A stretch of 64,000 bases of DNA from a virus: IMG/VR virus record IMGVR_UViG_3300022561_000009; one strand, written 5' to 3'. How positions within the stretch are numbered: the stretch's first letter is position 1; the number at the start of each line of letters is the position of its first letter. This document shows positions 1 to 8,016 of the stretch, piece by piece. The position numbers and the translations under genes are program-made. The notes under the pieces are model-generated. The model searched no databases. It was not told the DNA's origin and was given only the letters and a program-made list of their open reading frames with translations.

Positions 1-194
1 AAGTGCATGATGCTATAGTTACCCTTTGTGTATTTTGTACCAAAGTGGATGCCTATTATTTCATTTATTGCGTCAGTGTCTATTTCTGTGTCATCATCAT
101 AATCACGGTCGATAGTCAGCCATTCGTCTACAACTTGCTTCCATTGATAGATTTGTAATTTAGGATGTTCTTCTCTCTTATACTTCTTATACAT
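1..194 (-). CDS. hypothetical phage protein, N-terminal part only (gene runs off window start)
   Basis: ATG at 194..192 opens an ORF (MYKKYKREEHPKLQIYQWKQ...) that is still open at position 1. No recognisable motif. Confidence 0.4.
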   Translation of the reverse strand, partial: MYKKYKREEHPKLQIYQWKQVVDEWLTIDRDYDDDTEIDTDAINEIIGIHFGTKYTKGNYSIMH

Positions 195-237
195 CAGAAT
201 GTAATAACCAATGCTTTTCTTTATATCCTCGTCAAAC

Positions 238-795
238 CTAAACAGTTCCGTTAGTTCCAAAAAAAGATATGACAGAAGTTTTGTCGCCAGACAAACTTCC
301 CATAATATCAGTTTCATTACTTTCAGTCTCAATAGAGTCAGTATTACTACTCTTCGTATTTAACTTCTCTAGACATTCATTTTTAACATCTCTAGAACTA
401 CATAATACGCAGTTCCCTATAAACACTGGCTTTACCTTGCCTATAAAGATCATATTAGGCTTATTTAGTCCCTGTCTGACTTGCTTTATTAGCCCGAACA
501 GTTCAAGTTGTTTAAATGATTTGTAAACGGTTGTCTCTGATATGCTTAAAATATTAGAGACGTTTTCTTTTGTGTAGAGGAGATATATCTCACTTGCTTT
601 ATTTACCCAACCATTCTTGCGAGATAATTCCATTCTGTCTAAAAGCATTGCGTAAATTAGTTTTGCATCAGAAGTAAGGTTTACCCTATAGCATCGGTTA
701 TCACATAGTTCTTTAGGAATCTTGTAAAACTTATGCGAGTTATCTTCTGATAAATGGTAGAGGTCTAGAGTGACTATCGGTTTAACCTTACTCAT
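238..795 (-). CDS. RepA_N-family replication initiator (winged-helix DNA-binding)
   Basis: FYKIPKEL...LTSDAKLIYAMLLDRMELSRKNGWVN...IYLLYTKENVSNILSISETTVYKSFKQLELFGLI matches the Firmicute plasmid/ICE/phage RepA N-terminal domain pattern. ATGA overlap with the upstream RHH gene. Confidence 0.75.
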   Translation of the reverse strand: MSKVKPIVTLDLYHLSEDNSHKFYKIPKELCDNRCYRVNLTSDAKLIYAMLLDRMELSRKNGWVNKASEIYLLYTKENVSNILSISETTVYKSFKQLELFGLIKQVRQGLNKPNMIFIGKVKPVFIGNCVLCSSRDVKNECLEKLNTKSSNTDSIETESNETDIMGSLSGDKTSVISFFGTNGTV

Positions 796-926
796 TTATT
801 TTTTTTCCTCCATTCATCAATGATCCTTCGCAATGTCTCTGATTTTCCCGACAAACCTAACTTCTTATTCTGCTCAATTAACCACTTCTCTTGTTCCTCT
901 GTAATATATAAATTAACCCTTTTCAT
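792..926 (-). CDS. small ribbon-helix-helix (CopG/Arc-like) protein, 44 aa
   Basis: Manual ORF MKRVNLYITEEQEKWLIEQNKKLGLSGKSETLRRIIDEWRKKNK with a beta-strand/helix/helix pattern. RBS GGAGGTGG upstream. Translationally coupled to RepA_N. Confidence 0.6.
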   Translation of the reverse strand: MKRVNLYITEEQEKWLIEQNKKLGLSGKSETLRRIIDEWRKKNK

Positions 927-945
927 CTATCCACCTCCTAGCACT

Positions 946-954
946 ATTGTATCA
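946..954 (-). promoter_or_regulatory. extended -10 promoter element (TGATACAAT) for the RHH-RepA_N operon
   Basis: Reverse complement reads TGATACAAT about 20 nt upstream of the RHH start. Same TGnTAyAAT type as the homing-endonuclease promoters. Confidence 0.5.
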
Positions 955-1002
955 CTTATGTAGGCGACATACAAGCTATATATTTTCCATATTTAAGGAC
1001 AT

Positions 1003-1035
1003 AAAAAAGCCCTGCTCAAATTAATGAACAGGGCT
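1003..1035 (-). terminator. rho-independent terminator
   Basis: AGCCCTG/CAGGGCT stem followed by a U-run on the minus strand, directly after the holin-like ORF. Confidence 0.6.
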
Positions 1036-1056
1036 TCATGGCAGAAACATATTAGA

Positions 1057-1236
1057 CTAGAATTTTGTTGAGTCTGACGGGTTGTTAATTATTCCTAGCA
1101 ACACAACAACGGGAAGGATTAATTCTAACAGGCGATCTACCCCGGGGATTGTATAGCAAAAATAAGTTTGTGATGTGTATGTGACAAGGGCAACTATTGC
1201 CAGCCATAAAGGCCATGATCTTAATCTACTTTGCAT
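1057..1236 (-). CDS. holin-like small membrane protein (phi LC3-type), 59 aa
   Basis: Manual ORF MQSRLRSWPLWLAIVALVTYTSQ...VVVLLGIINNPSDSTKF. Strong RBS GAAAGGAGGTG. N-terminal basic segment plus TM and a C-terminal LGI..(D/N)P..DS tail as in LC3-family holins. Confidence 0.55.
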   Translation of the reverse strand: MQSRLRSWPLWLAIVALVTYTSQTYFCYTIPGVDRLLELILPVVVLLGIINNPSDSTKF

Positions 1237-1285
1237 TGTTAATTCACCTCCTTTCCTTTCTTATTTGAACAAAATTATAAGCAGG

Positions 1286-1447
1286 TCATTTTCCTGCTTT
1301 ACTGTACTGGCATCCTAAATGCCCGGTTATCTTGTCACATTTAATACATCCTGCATATTTACAGTCAGCTGCTTTAATCCCACACAGCATACATGTACAA
1401 CGGATGTTGCAGTCACATCCAAAAATAATATAAGGATAATTTGCCAC
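1286..1447 (-). CDS. Cys-rich small protein, 53 aa
   Basis: Manual GTG-start ORF (M)ANYPYIIFGCDCNIRCTCMLCGIKAADCKYAGCIKCDKITGHLGCQYSKAGK. RBS GGAGGGG. 11 Cys. Confidence 0.5.
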   Translation of the reverse strand: MANYPYIIFGCDCNIRCTCMLCGIKAADCKYAGCIKCDKITGHLGCQYSKAGK

Positions 1448-1471
1448 TTCATCCCCTCCATTAAATTAAGC

Positions 1472-2167
1472 TTATGCCAACTCAAGTCTTTTGGCAGCAA
1501 AGCCAAGTTTGTTAATGTCCTTGATCGCTTGGTCTGCTAAAGATTCTCGAACGCGCACGCTCAAATAAATGTCGTCTGGCGCTATTACTTTTTTAACCAC
1601 CACAGGAGTCACGGGAGGGGCTGCAGGTTGTGCAATGGTCAAAGCCCTGTAATCATACCCATAGTAATCACAAATGCCCTTGTAAAGCATTTCAGCTATC
1701 TGTTGGTGGTTGTTGTGTATCCATGCCGCGTCTGTAGTGTTATCGTGGAAGGCTAACTCAATCAAGGCGGCTGTCGCATTGACCCGATCACCTACCTCGT
1801 AAAGCCCTTTGTTGAACTTAACCCCTCGATCCTCGCTAGGAGAAAGAGGGGCTATCTGATTGTATAGACACTGTGCTAGTTTAGCTGAATTTGTCCCTGC
1901 AGCATAAGCGTAGATTTCCGTTCCCTTTCCTCCACCGGCATTACTGTGAATAGGAATATGGATATCTGCTTTGAAGTTGTTTGAATCTGTCGCCATTTGT
2001 CCAACTTCCATAGCAGGAGAATTGCGTTTGACTATGAATCGACCATCTTTAATTAACAGAGGTACCAAGACATCAGCTATTTTATTCATTTCAGCTTCTT
2101 CTGTCCCGAATGGCAATAATCCAGCATTATGTTCTTGGGAACTTGGACTAATATATACTTTTGGCAT
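1472..2167 (-). CDS. endolysin, N-acetylmuramoyl-L-alanine amidase (Amidase_3 type) with C-terminal wall-binding tail
   Basis: MPKVYISPSSQEHN...HIPIHSNAGGGKGTEIY...ALIELAFHDN motifs typical of MurNAc-LAA amidases. Start moved to ATG 2167 behind RBS AGGAGG. Confidence 0.9.
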   Translation of the reverse strand: MPKVYISPSSQEHNAGLLPFGTEEAEMNKIADVLVPLLIKDGRFIVKRNSPAMEVGQMATDSNNFKADIHIPIHSNAGGGKGTEIYAYAAGTNSAKLAQCLYNQIAPLSPSEDRGVKFNKGLYEVGDRVNATAALIELAFHDNTTDAAWIHNNHQQIAEMLYKGICDYYGYDYRALTIAQPAAPPVTPVVVKKVIAPDDIYLSVRVRESLADQAIKDINKLGFAAKRLELA

Positions 2168-2178
2168 GATAAATCCTC

Positions 2179-2451
2179 CTACTTTGCTTTTAGATTCTCT
2201 ACATCCCTTTGTAAATAACACATACTCTTATCTATGGTGTTCAACGTCTCACCTATCTTAGCTAAACTAGCCGCGAATTGATTAAGGGTTTCATCTGATT
2301 TTGCGATATGTTCCATGAGTTGCTGCTCGCGTGTCTGTGAACTTTCCCTAGAAATCTTGTGCTCTTTCTGGTTATTAAATAATAGCCAAATAAATAGACC
2401 AGGTACTACACCAAATTGCAAAATAAGTTGAGATATAACCTCTGTTGTCAT
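2179..2451 (-). CDS. bhlA: BhlA/UviB-family holin-like protein
   Basis: Single N-terminal TM (VVPGLFIWLLFNNQKE) followed by a coiled coil, as in Bacillus BhlA. Sits directly upstream of the amidase. Confidence 0.7.
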   Translation of the reverse strand: MTTEVISQLILQFGVVPGLFIWLLFNNQKEHKISRESSQTREQQLMEHIAKSDETLNQFAASLAKIGETLNTIDKSMCYLQRDVENLKAK

Positions 2452-2711
2452 TTAACTACCACCTTATCTATTATTTTTTCAATCGTCTTAGGTCCAATTC
2501 CCTTAACTCTGTCAAGCTCGTATACGTCAACGTAGGGCCTATCCTGTATGATTCGTACCGCTAACACATTCCCGATGCCTGGTAGCGCCTCTAGGGCCTG
2601 TACGGATGAAGTGTTAATGTTTATCTTAGGGGTATCTCGACTGTGGAAGAATAGGAAAAGGGATGTACACAATGTGATGATTAACATGGTAACGATTAAA
2701 ATCTTCTTCAA
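2448..2711 (-). CDS. membrane-anchored ComEA-like helix-hairpin-helix DNA-binding protein
   Basis: N-terminal TM plus SSVQALEALPGIGNVLAVRIIQDRPY..VYELDRVKGIGPKTIEKI (two HhH motifs). TTG start behind AGGAGGTG. ATGA overlap with the holin. Confidence 0.75.
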   Translation of the reverse strand: MKKILIVTMLIITLCTSLFLFFHSRDTPKININTSSVQALEALPGIGNVLAVRIIQDRPYVDVYELDRVKGIGPKTIEKIIDKVVVK

Positions 2712-2885
2712 TAGCGCACCTCCTAAAATGGAATAGGAAAGAGCCGCTAGATTTCTCTAACGACTCTTATTGGTGCGTCCTGCACCCTTTTCCCAATGGG
2801 TATGCCCGTAATACTAGGAGAACGCTTGGGCAGCGTTTGTCGCATTAGCAGTCCGGCCGGACTAACTGATGTCTATTCTCCTAGT
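2712..2885 (-). ncRNA. structured 5' leader of the lysis operon (three-way junction plus terminator-like hairpin)
   Basis: Outer stem CTAGGAGAA/TTCTCCTAG (2813-2884) encloses two hairpins. An 11-bp GNRA-capped hairpin (2741-2766) followed by U-rich tract lies just before the RBS. Confidence 0.4.
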
Positions 2886-2891
2886 TAAAAC

Positions 2892-2900
2892 AGTGTACCA
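2892..2900 (-). promoter_or_regulatory. candidate extended -10 promoter (TGGTACACT) for the lysis leader
   Basis: Reverse complement TGGTACACT lies about 7 nt upstream of the first base of the three-way junction. Confidence 0.35.
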
Positions 2901-3003
2901 CGGATGCCACCTCGATTCCAGTTTAAAGTTGTAAAAAAAATAATCTCCACAAGGAAGATTAAAAGTTGTATAATAATGTTAAAAAAATAGGGAGAGTGAT
3001 AAT

Positions 3004-3714
3004 ATGAATTTTGGTAAAAAGCTACTTATTGGGTTTGGGACATTGGCGGTAATATCTTTAATCATTGGGTTTGCAGTGAGCAACGCTTCGGCCAAGGCAG
3101 AGGTTAAGGTTAGAGAAGCCGCGCAGGTACAACAGAAGTTAGTTAAGGATACAGCAGATGCAGAGTTAAAAGTTAAACAGGCAGAGCAAGACAAGGTAGT
3201 TGCTGATGCTAAGCCAGCCGCTGATGCAGTTGCCGTAATCGCAGAGGGTGCAAAGGTAACTAAGTCCAATGAGACTAATGCAATCCAAGTGCCTATCGCC
3301 AACCAAAATAAAACAACTTCTAGCAACCCTGCACAGATTGTGCCAGCACAAGTTGCCCCTGCGCCAGTTACTACGAAGCCAATAGTTAAAGCAACTCCTG
3401 CTCCTGCTCCTGCCCCTGCTCCTGATATGTCAGGACAAATTGCAGCCATGAGGAAATCTCAAGATTCAAGGGGTCCTGGGATTTCCTTTAATAGCAGAAT
3501 ACTTAATCTGACTATTGAATTACAGATTCATAAATTAAGATCTGAATCGGGATCTACTTTTAAAAGCATAGTCCAAGGAATGATGTTTCAGGAAAACTTA
3601 GGTACGCTATCCTTAAAGGCTAGACAGTTTAATAGTATTGCTACTCAGGCTATATATGGGTCCATAAGTGATGATACTGCTATATCACAATTGCAAACAC
3701 TAAGTTGGTCTTAG
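3004..3714 (+). CDS. membrane-anchored protein with Ala/Pro-rich linker (moron, function unknown)
   Basis: N-terminal TM (LLIGFGTLAVISLIIGFAV), coiled-coil/AP-repeat linker, ~90-aa C-terminal domain. Own TATAAT promoter (2969-2974). Opposite strand to flanking modules. Confidence 0.7.
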   Translation: MNFGKKLLIGFGTLAVISLIIGFAVSNASAKAEVKVREAAQVQQKLVKDTADAELKVKQAEQDKVVADAKPAADAVAVIAEGAKVTKSNETNAIQVPIANQNKTTSSNPAQIVPAQVAPAPVTTKPIVKATPAPAPAPAPDMSGQIAAMRKSQDSRGPGISFNSRILNLTIELQIHKLRSESGSTFKSIVQGMMFQENLGTLSLKARQFNSIATQAIYGSISDDTAISQLQTLSWS

Positions 3715-3745
3715 ATGAAGGTGGGGGAAAAGGAGAGTGGGGAGA

Positions 3746-4003
3746 ATGAGAATATACAGTCAAGGTGTTAAGGACATAGCCCTTTGGATTGTTTTTATAT
3801 TATATCTTTTTGCTCTAGCTTATATTGGGGATGGAGGGCAAAGTCTATTAATATTATTGTTTGTGATTGCCTTTAGTGCGCTTGTCGCTGTGGGAATTTT
3901 GCAAAGCCTAAGTGAATCCCTTGAAGAATATTACTGCGAGAAAAGGCGCAAACGAGAGTATGAAAAACACTATTCCGAGATAACTAGTCCACCAAAGTAT
4001 TGA
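3746..4003 (+). CDS. small two-TM membrane protein
   Basis: Hydrophobic segments IALWIVFILYLFALAYI and LLILLFVIAFSALVAVGIL. ATG 3746 is 10 nt after GGAG (GTG 3737 is an alternative start). Confidence 0.6.
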   Translation: MRIYSQGVKDIALWIVFILYLFALAYIGDGGQSLLILLFVIAFSALVAVGILQSLSESLEEYYCEKRRKREYEKHYSEITSPPKY

Positions 4004-4017
4004 AAGATAAAAGATGG

Positions 4018-4048
4018 AGCAGAGGATTATTTAAGTCCTCTGCTTTTT
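4018..4048 (+). terminator. rho-independent terminator of the plus-strand moron pair
   Basis: 9-bp stem AGCAGAGGA/TCCTCTGCT followed by TTTTT. Confidence 0.75.
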
Positions 4049-7000
4049 AGTATCTCCTTCTTGGCTATTGCCTTTGCATCTGCGATTGCGTTTGACAATA
4101 GATCAGCCCTAACTTCATCGGCAGACTTACCTTTTATCTTATTGGCTTTTGCGTTAGTGTAAGATCCTTTGCCAATTGTTTTGCTGAACGAGGATTCTGT
4201 TAACGAACCTACACGCTTTTGATATTGAGTTGCTTCATCAGGGGTTAGTGTGATTCTTGGATGAGTTTGAGTTTTTTCAATGTAGTTAGGAACAATTGTA
4301 GGAAATTGCTTTGTTAGTCCCTCTACATTGTTTAATCTTCTCAACTCTGTATCTATTTTGGGATTAATGCCCTGATCCTTTGTTATAATACCAGGACTTA
4401 AGAATTGTGAAAAAGCTCTACCAACTGGATTCTCTATTTTCTTCATGTCCTGTCCGAATGGGGTTTGTTTTGGCTGTAGAGTCTTGCTAATGACAGGTAT
4501 TCTTGACACTAAGGCATTTTTAAAGGATTGAGGCATGTCTCCCTTTACATATGTTGACCTTACCAATGGATCAACTTCCCCAGCTATTTGGCTTAGCGCT
4601 GTAGGGATAAACTGTGTTGCATAGTTCTGCGGAAGTTGCGACAATCCTTCCATTACCCCCTGTTGACCGCCTAGTAAAGTCTTAACCCCTTTCATGATAG
4701 AGAGATTAAAGACAGTGTCACCAGATGCGTTCATCCCATCAATTATAGCACTTGAGGCATTAGCGGCTAGTTTCTCAAGTTTTTGAATATTATTACTCGT
4801 TACGATGTTGTTCATTTTATCCGTATCTTCTGGACTATCCTTTATTGAATTATAAATTTCTACCCCCACGGCTAGTGGTATTGACAGTGGAGCCGCCCAA
4901 TCGAAACTGTACTTTCCTAATATGGAAAACGGCGAATGCCCCGTGTTGCTGTTGTAAGCCTTCATGTCAACATCCTTAGATGCCTTGCCAGTCAGTATTC
5001 CTTTACTCGCCAAGAGATATCCTAGGCCTAGTACCCCGGTACCAGTTAATCCTTTGGCCAATTCATCTATAGCGGCCGCTGCTCCCTTAGAAGACTTTAT
5101 TCCAGACAAGCCATTTGCCACACCAATTGGCGAAAATTGAATCCCTCTTTTAACCACGTTAAGGGGCGTTTTTGCGAAAGGGATAGCTGCCTCGACTAAT
5201 CCTGCTCCTATTTTCCTTGCAATCCCTGCGTCTTTTGCAGGACGTTTAGCCTTATTTATAAAATCGGCAATGATTGAACTATCCTTATACGTAGCCTGTT
5301 CAGCTTCTAATCTTGCGGTATTAAACGCCTCTTGTGGTAACTGCGAGAAATCCTTTATACCCTTCGATTGAGCATACGATCCGAGTCTGTCAATATAGGC
5401 ATTTTTAAAGAAAGGCGAATCACCTTTTTGTAACAATGCATAGGTGAATTTACGAGTTTTCTCAAGAGTATCAATGTCAACACCTATCTTTTCGCCAATA
5501 CGACTTTTTCGGAATACCCTTTTGTCGGGCATGTTCAAACTTATTCCTTCTTGGAATTTATTTGATCCACTTAATAACTCTTTGCTGTTAGCCTCAAAGT
5601 GTTCCGTTGCTAAGTTTTTGTATTCCTTGCTAACAAAAACGGCCTGTGTTCTGTCTGCTTCTTTCAAGAATGTCTTTTGGATTACGCCAGACGTTCTCTG
5701 CGCTGCCCTTCTCATAGCCATCATAATCGTATTCCCGCCGATATTCCTTACGTTGGATTTAACTGATAAAAGCATGGATATATGCCTCCACGCATTGACC
5801 TTCTCCATTACAGTAGCCGGCATCTCATTAGCTATTCTTGCGTGTATCTGTTCAAATGCCGAATCATAACTAGCTTGATTGCCTCTCTCAATATTTCCAA
5901 TCATTGTTAATTCGTCAGGAGTCAAATCAACATTATTCCACTTTTTGCCGTATGTTTCCAACCCTTCCTTATTTAATTTCGCCAATTGCTTGTCGAATAC
6001 CATCATCATGGTAGGCGCATCTGCATCTCTCAATATTCTAAACGCTTGCCCAAACTGACCTGATTCAGTTGCTCTATTTGCAGCATTGGACATTAATTCC
6101 CTAGCTCTTACAATATTTCCATCTTTAGTAAGTTGATCTGCTAACATCTTGACTAATGGAGCAGCTTCAGGCTTCAGGTCCTTAATCAGTCCATCAAGTT
6201 CTGTAATCGCAGGTTCAATACCCTTGCCGAAAATTCCTTGTGCCTTAGCGAGAGTCTCCTTGTTTCCAAGTTTCTGATATGCCAACGGATCAACAGAATA
6301 ACTATCGCGCAATGCATCAGGACGGTTAGCATCTGTTCTGATGTTTTTAGATACGCCTCTTTCTGTTAGTCCATCGGGAATTATGGGTTCTGCGCCTACA
6401 GTCTTAGATCCACCGGGTAAATTGTTTACAGGAGCAACCGACAAGTTAGGAGTAGGATTACGCCCTATCGCTGCCGTAACTTCTCTAGCTGGACCTATGG
6501 GAGCATCTACAATATTAGACGTAATAGGTTGAACATCTTTAGGCGCACCGATTGGAGCATCGATAATAGGATTTGGCGTAATCGGTTGAACTGCTTTACT
6601 ATTCGGCATCCCTCCCGGTAGATGCCTAACATTATCAGCAGTAATAGACCTAATTGGCAATGGTCCTGCATCTTGCACATCTCGATTGGTCCATGTTAGG
6701 CGTTCAGATTCGGGTAATATTCTCTGTGGTAAAGGCGGTTCTATATTTGGACGTTCAATAGGGAATCCTTCTCGTTGTTTTAATGGAGGTATTACGCCAG
6801 CCTGTCTCCCCATTATTCTTTCTTGCTGAGTTAATGGGCCTCTCACATTTTGAGTCTTTTCATAATTAGACATTAATTTTGGGAGGTCAACTCCCGTATT
6901 CTTCAACACGTCATTATACGCTTGTTCAACCGTTGTCCCTGCTGGGTATCCTGCTAAAACATCGGTATGTTTGACAAAGTTTTGTGCTTCCGTGATACCA

Positions 7001-8004
7001 TCTTGAAGTTCCTGGAAAGCTCTTTGTTCTCCTGTTGTAAAGCTACCGCCCTTTATCTCCCTTGGTCCACCAAACGCACTCTGAGCATCTAATTCTCTCT
7101 GCGCTAAGGATTGTGAGGACAGGGGGCTCCTAACGCCCACGGCATCATCTACACCCTTCTGTAGGGGTTTCAGTTTGACAGATTCCATGAGGTTTTGAGT
7201 ATTGGCAAAGGTTTCACTTAGGCGAGCCTGTGTTCCCGAACGAGTATTTGTGGGATTAAAAAAAGCGCTCTGGAAATCTTCGGCAGGAGTAGACATATTT
7301 GCAACTCGTTTATTAGCTGCAAGGTTTGACTTTAGGAATGATCCTTCTTTAATTCCCTTTCCAATAAGCTGACCGCCACCATGTAACACTGACCCTCCAA
7401 GACCCATTAACGGAGCTTGCTTGAGCCTATCAGTGAAACCCTGTACCCCGTCACCATTAACAGCTGTTTCAACTGCGTTAAGAGGACCACCAAAAGTTGT
7501 GGCAGCCCTTACGCCTGTTCCAAGGGCAGGAGTAATTTTAGGAAAAACACTAGCCACTTTTGCAATGGGAGCAGTTTTAGCCAACATACTCAATGGTTTA
7601 GCGAGTAAAGCATCACCGCCAAGCCACAGTGGTAAATCTGCACCCAAGCTACCCAGCATTCCTACTGCCTTTTCACCTAAAGTTTTAGATTCTGGCAAAG
7701 TTGAGAGATCTACCTTTCTTCCTGATAACTTCTCAACTAATGGGGTTACCGCACGACCGAGCAATGAACCAACTGTACTTTTTATAAATGCTGATTTATA
7801 GTCTGGCTTTTTCACAGGTGCAGGGGTAGCATGAGAAGAAGGCATTTTAATCGGTGTAGCAGATGGCAATGGTGCAGTGTTTGGTTGTTGAAATCTTCTC
7901 TCTAATGGTAGGGGTTCCACTGGCTTAAAGTCAGGATTAAATGTCTGACCGTATAAGCTGCTTTTCTTTTTCTTTTCATCGAACGTACTGCCGTATAAGC
8001 TCAT
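4027..8004 (-). CDS. very large virion protein, probable internal/ejection protein (T7 gp16-like by size and position)
   Basis: 1325 aa with Gly-rich hydrophobic segments near both ends. Last gene of the virion module, after three smaller internal-protein paralogues. Assignment by synteny only. Confidence 0.45.
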   Translation of the reverse strand: MSLYGSTFDEKKKKSSLYGQTFNPDFKPVEPLPLERRFQQPNTAPLPSATPIKMPSSHATPAPVKKPDYKSAFIKSTVGSLLGRAVTPLVEKLSGRKVDLSTLPESKTLGEKAVGMLGSLGADLPLWLGGDALLAKPLSMLAKTAPIAKVASVFPKITPALGTGVRAATTFGGPLNAVETAVNGDGVQGFTDRLKQAPLMGLGGSVLHGGGQLIGKGIKEGSFLKSNLAANKRVANMSTPAEDFQSAFFNPTNTRSGTQARLSETFANTQNLMESVKLKPLQKGVDDAVGVRSPLSSQSLAQRELDAQSAFGGPREIKGGSFTTGEQRAFQELQDGITEAQNFVKHTDVLAGYPAGTTVEQAYNDVLKNTGVDLPKLMSNYEKTQNVRGPLTQQERIMGRQAGVIPPLKQREGFPIERPNIEPPLPQRILPESERLTWTNRDVQDAGPLPIRSITADNVRHLPGGMPNSKAVQPITPNPIIDAPIGAPKDVQPITSNIVDAPIGPAREVTAAIGRNPTPNLSVAPVNNLPGGSKTVGAEPIIPDGLTERGVSKNIRTDANRPDALRDSYSVDPLAYQKLGNKETLAKAQGIFGKGIEPAITELDGLIKDLKPEAAPLVKMLADQLTKDGNIVRARELMSNAANRATESGQFGQAFRILRDADAPTMMMVFDKQLAKLNKEGLETYGKKWNNVDLTPDELTMIGNIERGNQASYDSAFEQIHARIANEMPATVMEKVNAWRHISMLLSVKSNVRNIGGNTIMMAMRRAAQRTSGVIQKTFLKEADRTQAVFVSKEYKNLATEHFEANSKELLSGSNKFQEGISLNMPDKRVFRKSRIGEKIGVDIDTLEKTRKFTYALLQKGDSPFFKNAYIDRLGSYAQSKGIKDFSQLPQEAFNTARLEAEQATYKDSSIIADFINKAKRPAKDAGIARKIGAGLVEAAIPFAKTPLNVVKRGIQFSPIGVANGLSGIKSSKGAAAAIDELAKGLTGTGVLGLGYLLASKGILTGKASKDVDMKAYNSNTGHSPFSILGKYSFDWAAPLSIPLAVGVEIYNSIKDSPEDTDKMNNIVTSNNIQKLEKLAANASSAIIDGMNASGDTVFNLSIMKGVKTLLGGQQGVMEGLSQLPQNYATQFIPTALSQIAGEVDPLVRSTYVKGDMPQSFKNALVSRIPVISKTLQPKQTPFGQDMKKIENPVGRAFSQFLSPGIITKDQGINPKIDTELRRLNNVEGLTKQFPTIVPNYIEKTQTHPRITLTPDEATQYQKRVGSLTESSFSKTIGKGSYTNAKANKIKGKSADEVRADLLSNAIADAKAIAKKEILKSRGLK

Positions 8005-8016
8005 AGCTACCTCCTA

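Noticed and set aside
2866-2872. CUGAUGU next to a three-way junction; checked as a hammerhead core.
   Set aside because: Position 9 is U instead of A, there is no stem II/GAAA following it, and the junction order does not fit any hammerhead permutation.
2813-2884. 72-nt element with a 9-bp closing helix and internal hairpins; checked as a possible tRNA on both strands.
   Set aside because: No 7-nt anticodon loop, no T-loop (the second hairpin has a 4-nt GGCC loop) and no conserved D/T nucleotides. Kept only as part of a structured leader.
3394-3423. Short tandem repeats (GCTCCT)n here and (AAACCA)n at 21299-21326; checked as CRISPR or VNTR.
   Set aside because: They are in-frame (AP)n and (KP)n coding repeats. 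No repeat-spacer array exists anywhere in the window.
2979-3449. Antisense or shadow ORFs from the track: for example 2979..3449(-), 5444..5869(+), 7421..7801(+), 15774..16106(+), 22630..23139(+), 30491..31018(+), 51691..52176(+), 55551..56048(+) and similar.
   Set aside because: They lie entirely within longer, motif-supported genes on the opposite strand, lack an RBS and have odd, low-complexity composition.
4027-8004. The 1325-aa protein as a tail tape measure.
   Set aside because: There is no tail tube, chaperone frameshift pair, Dit or Tal genes around it. It is the last virion gene, after SLT-containing internal proteins. An ejection or internal-core role fits better, but remains unproven.
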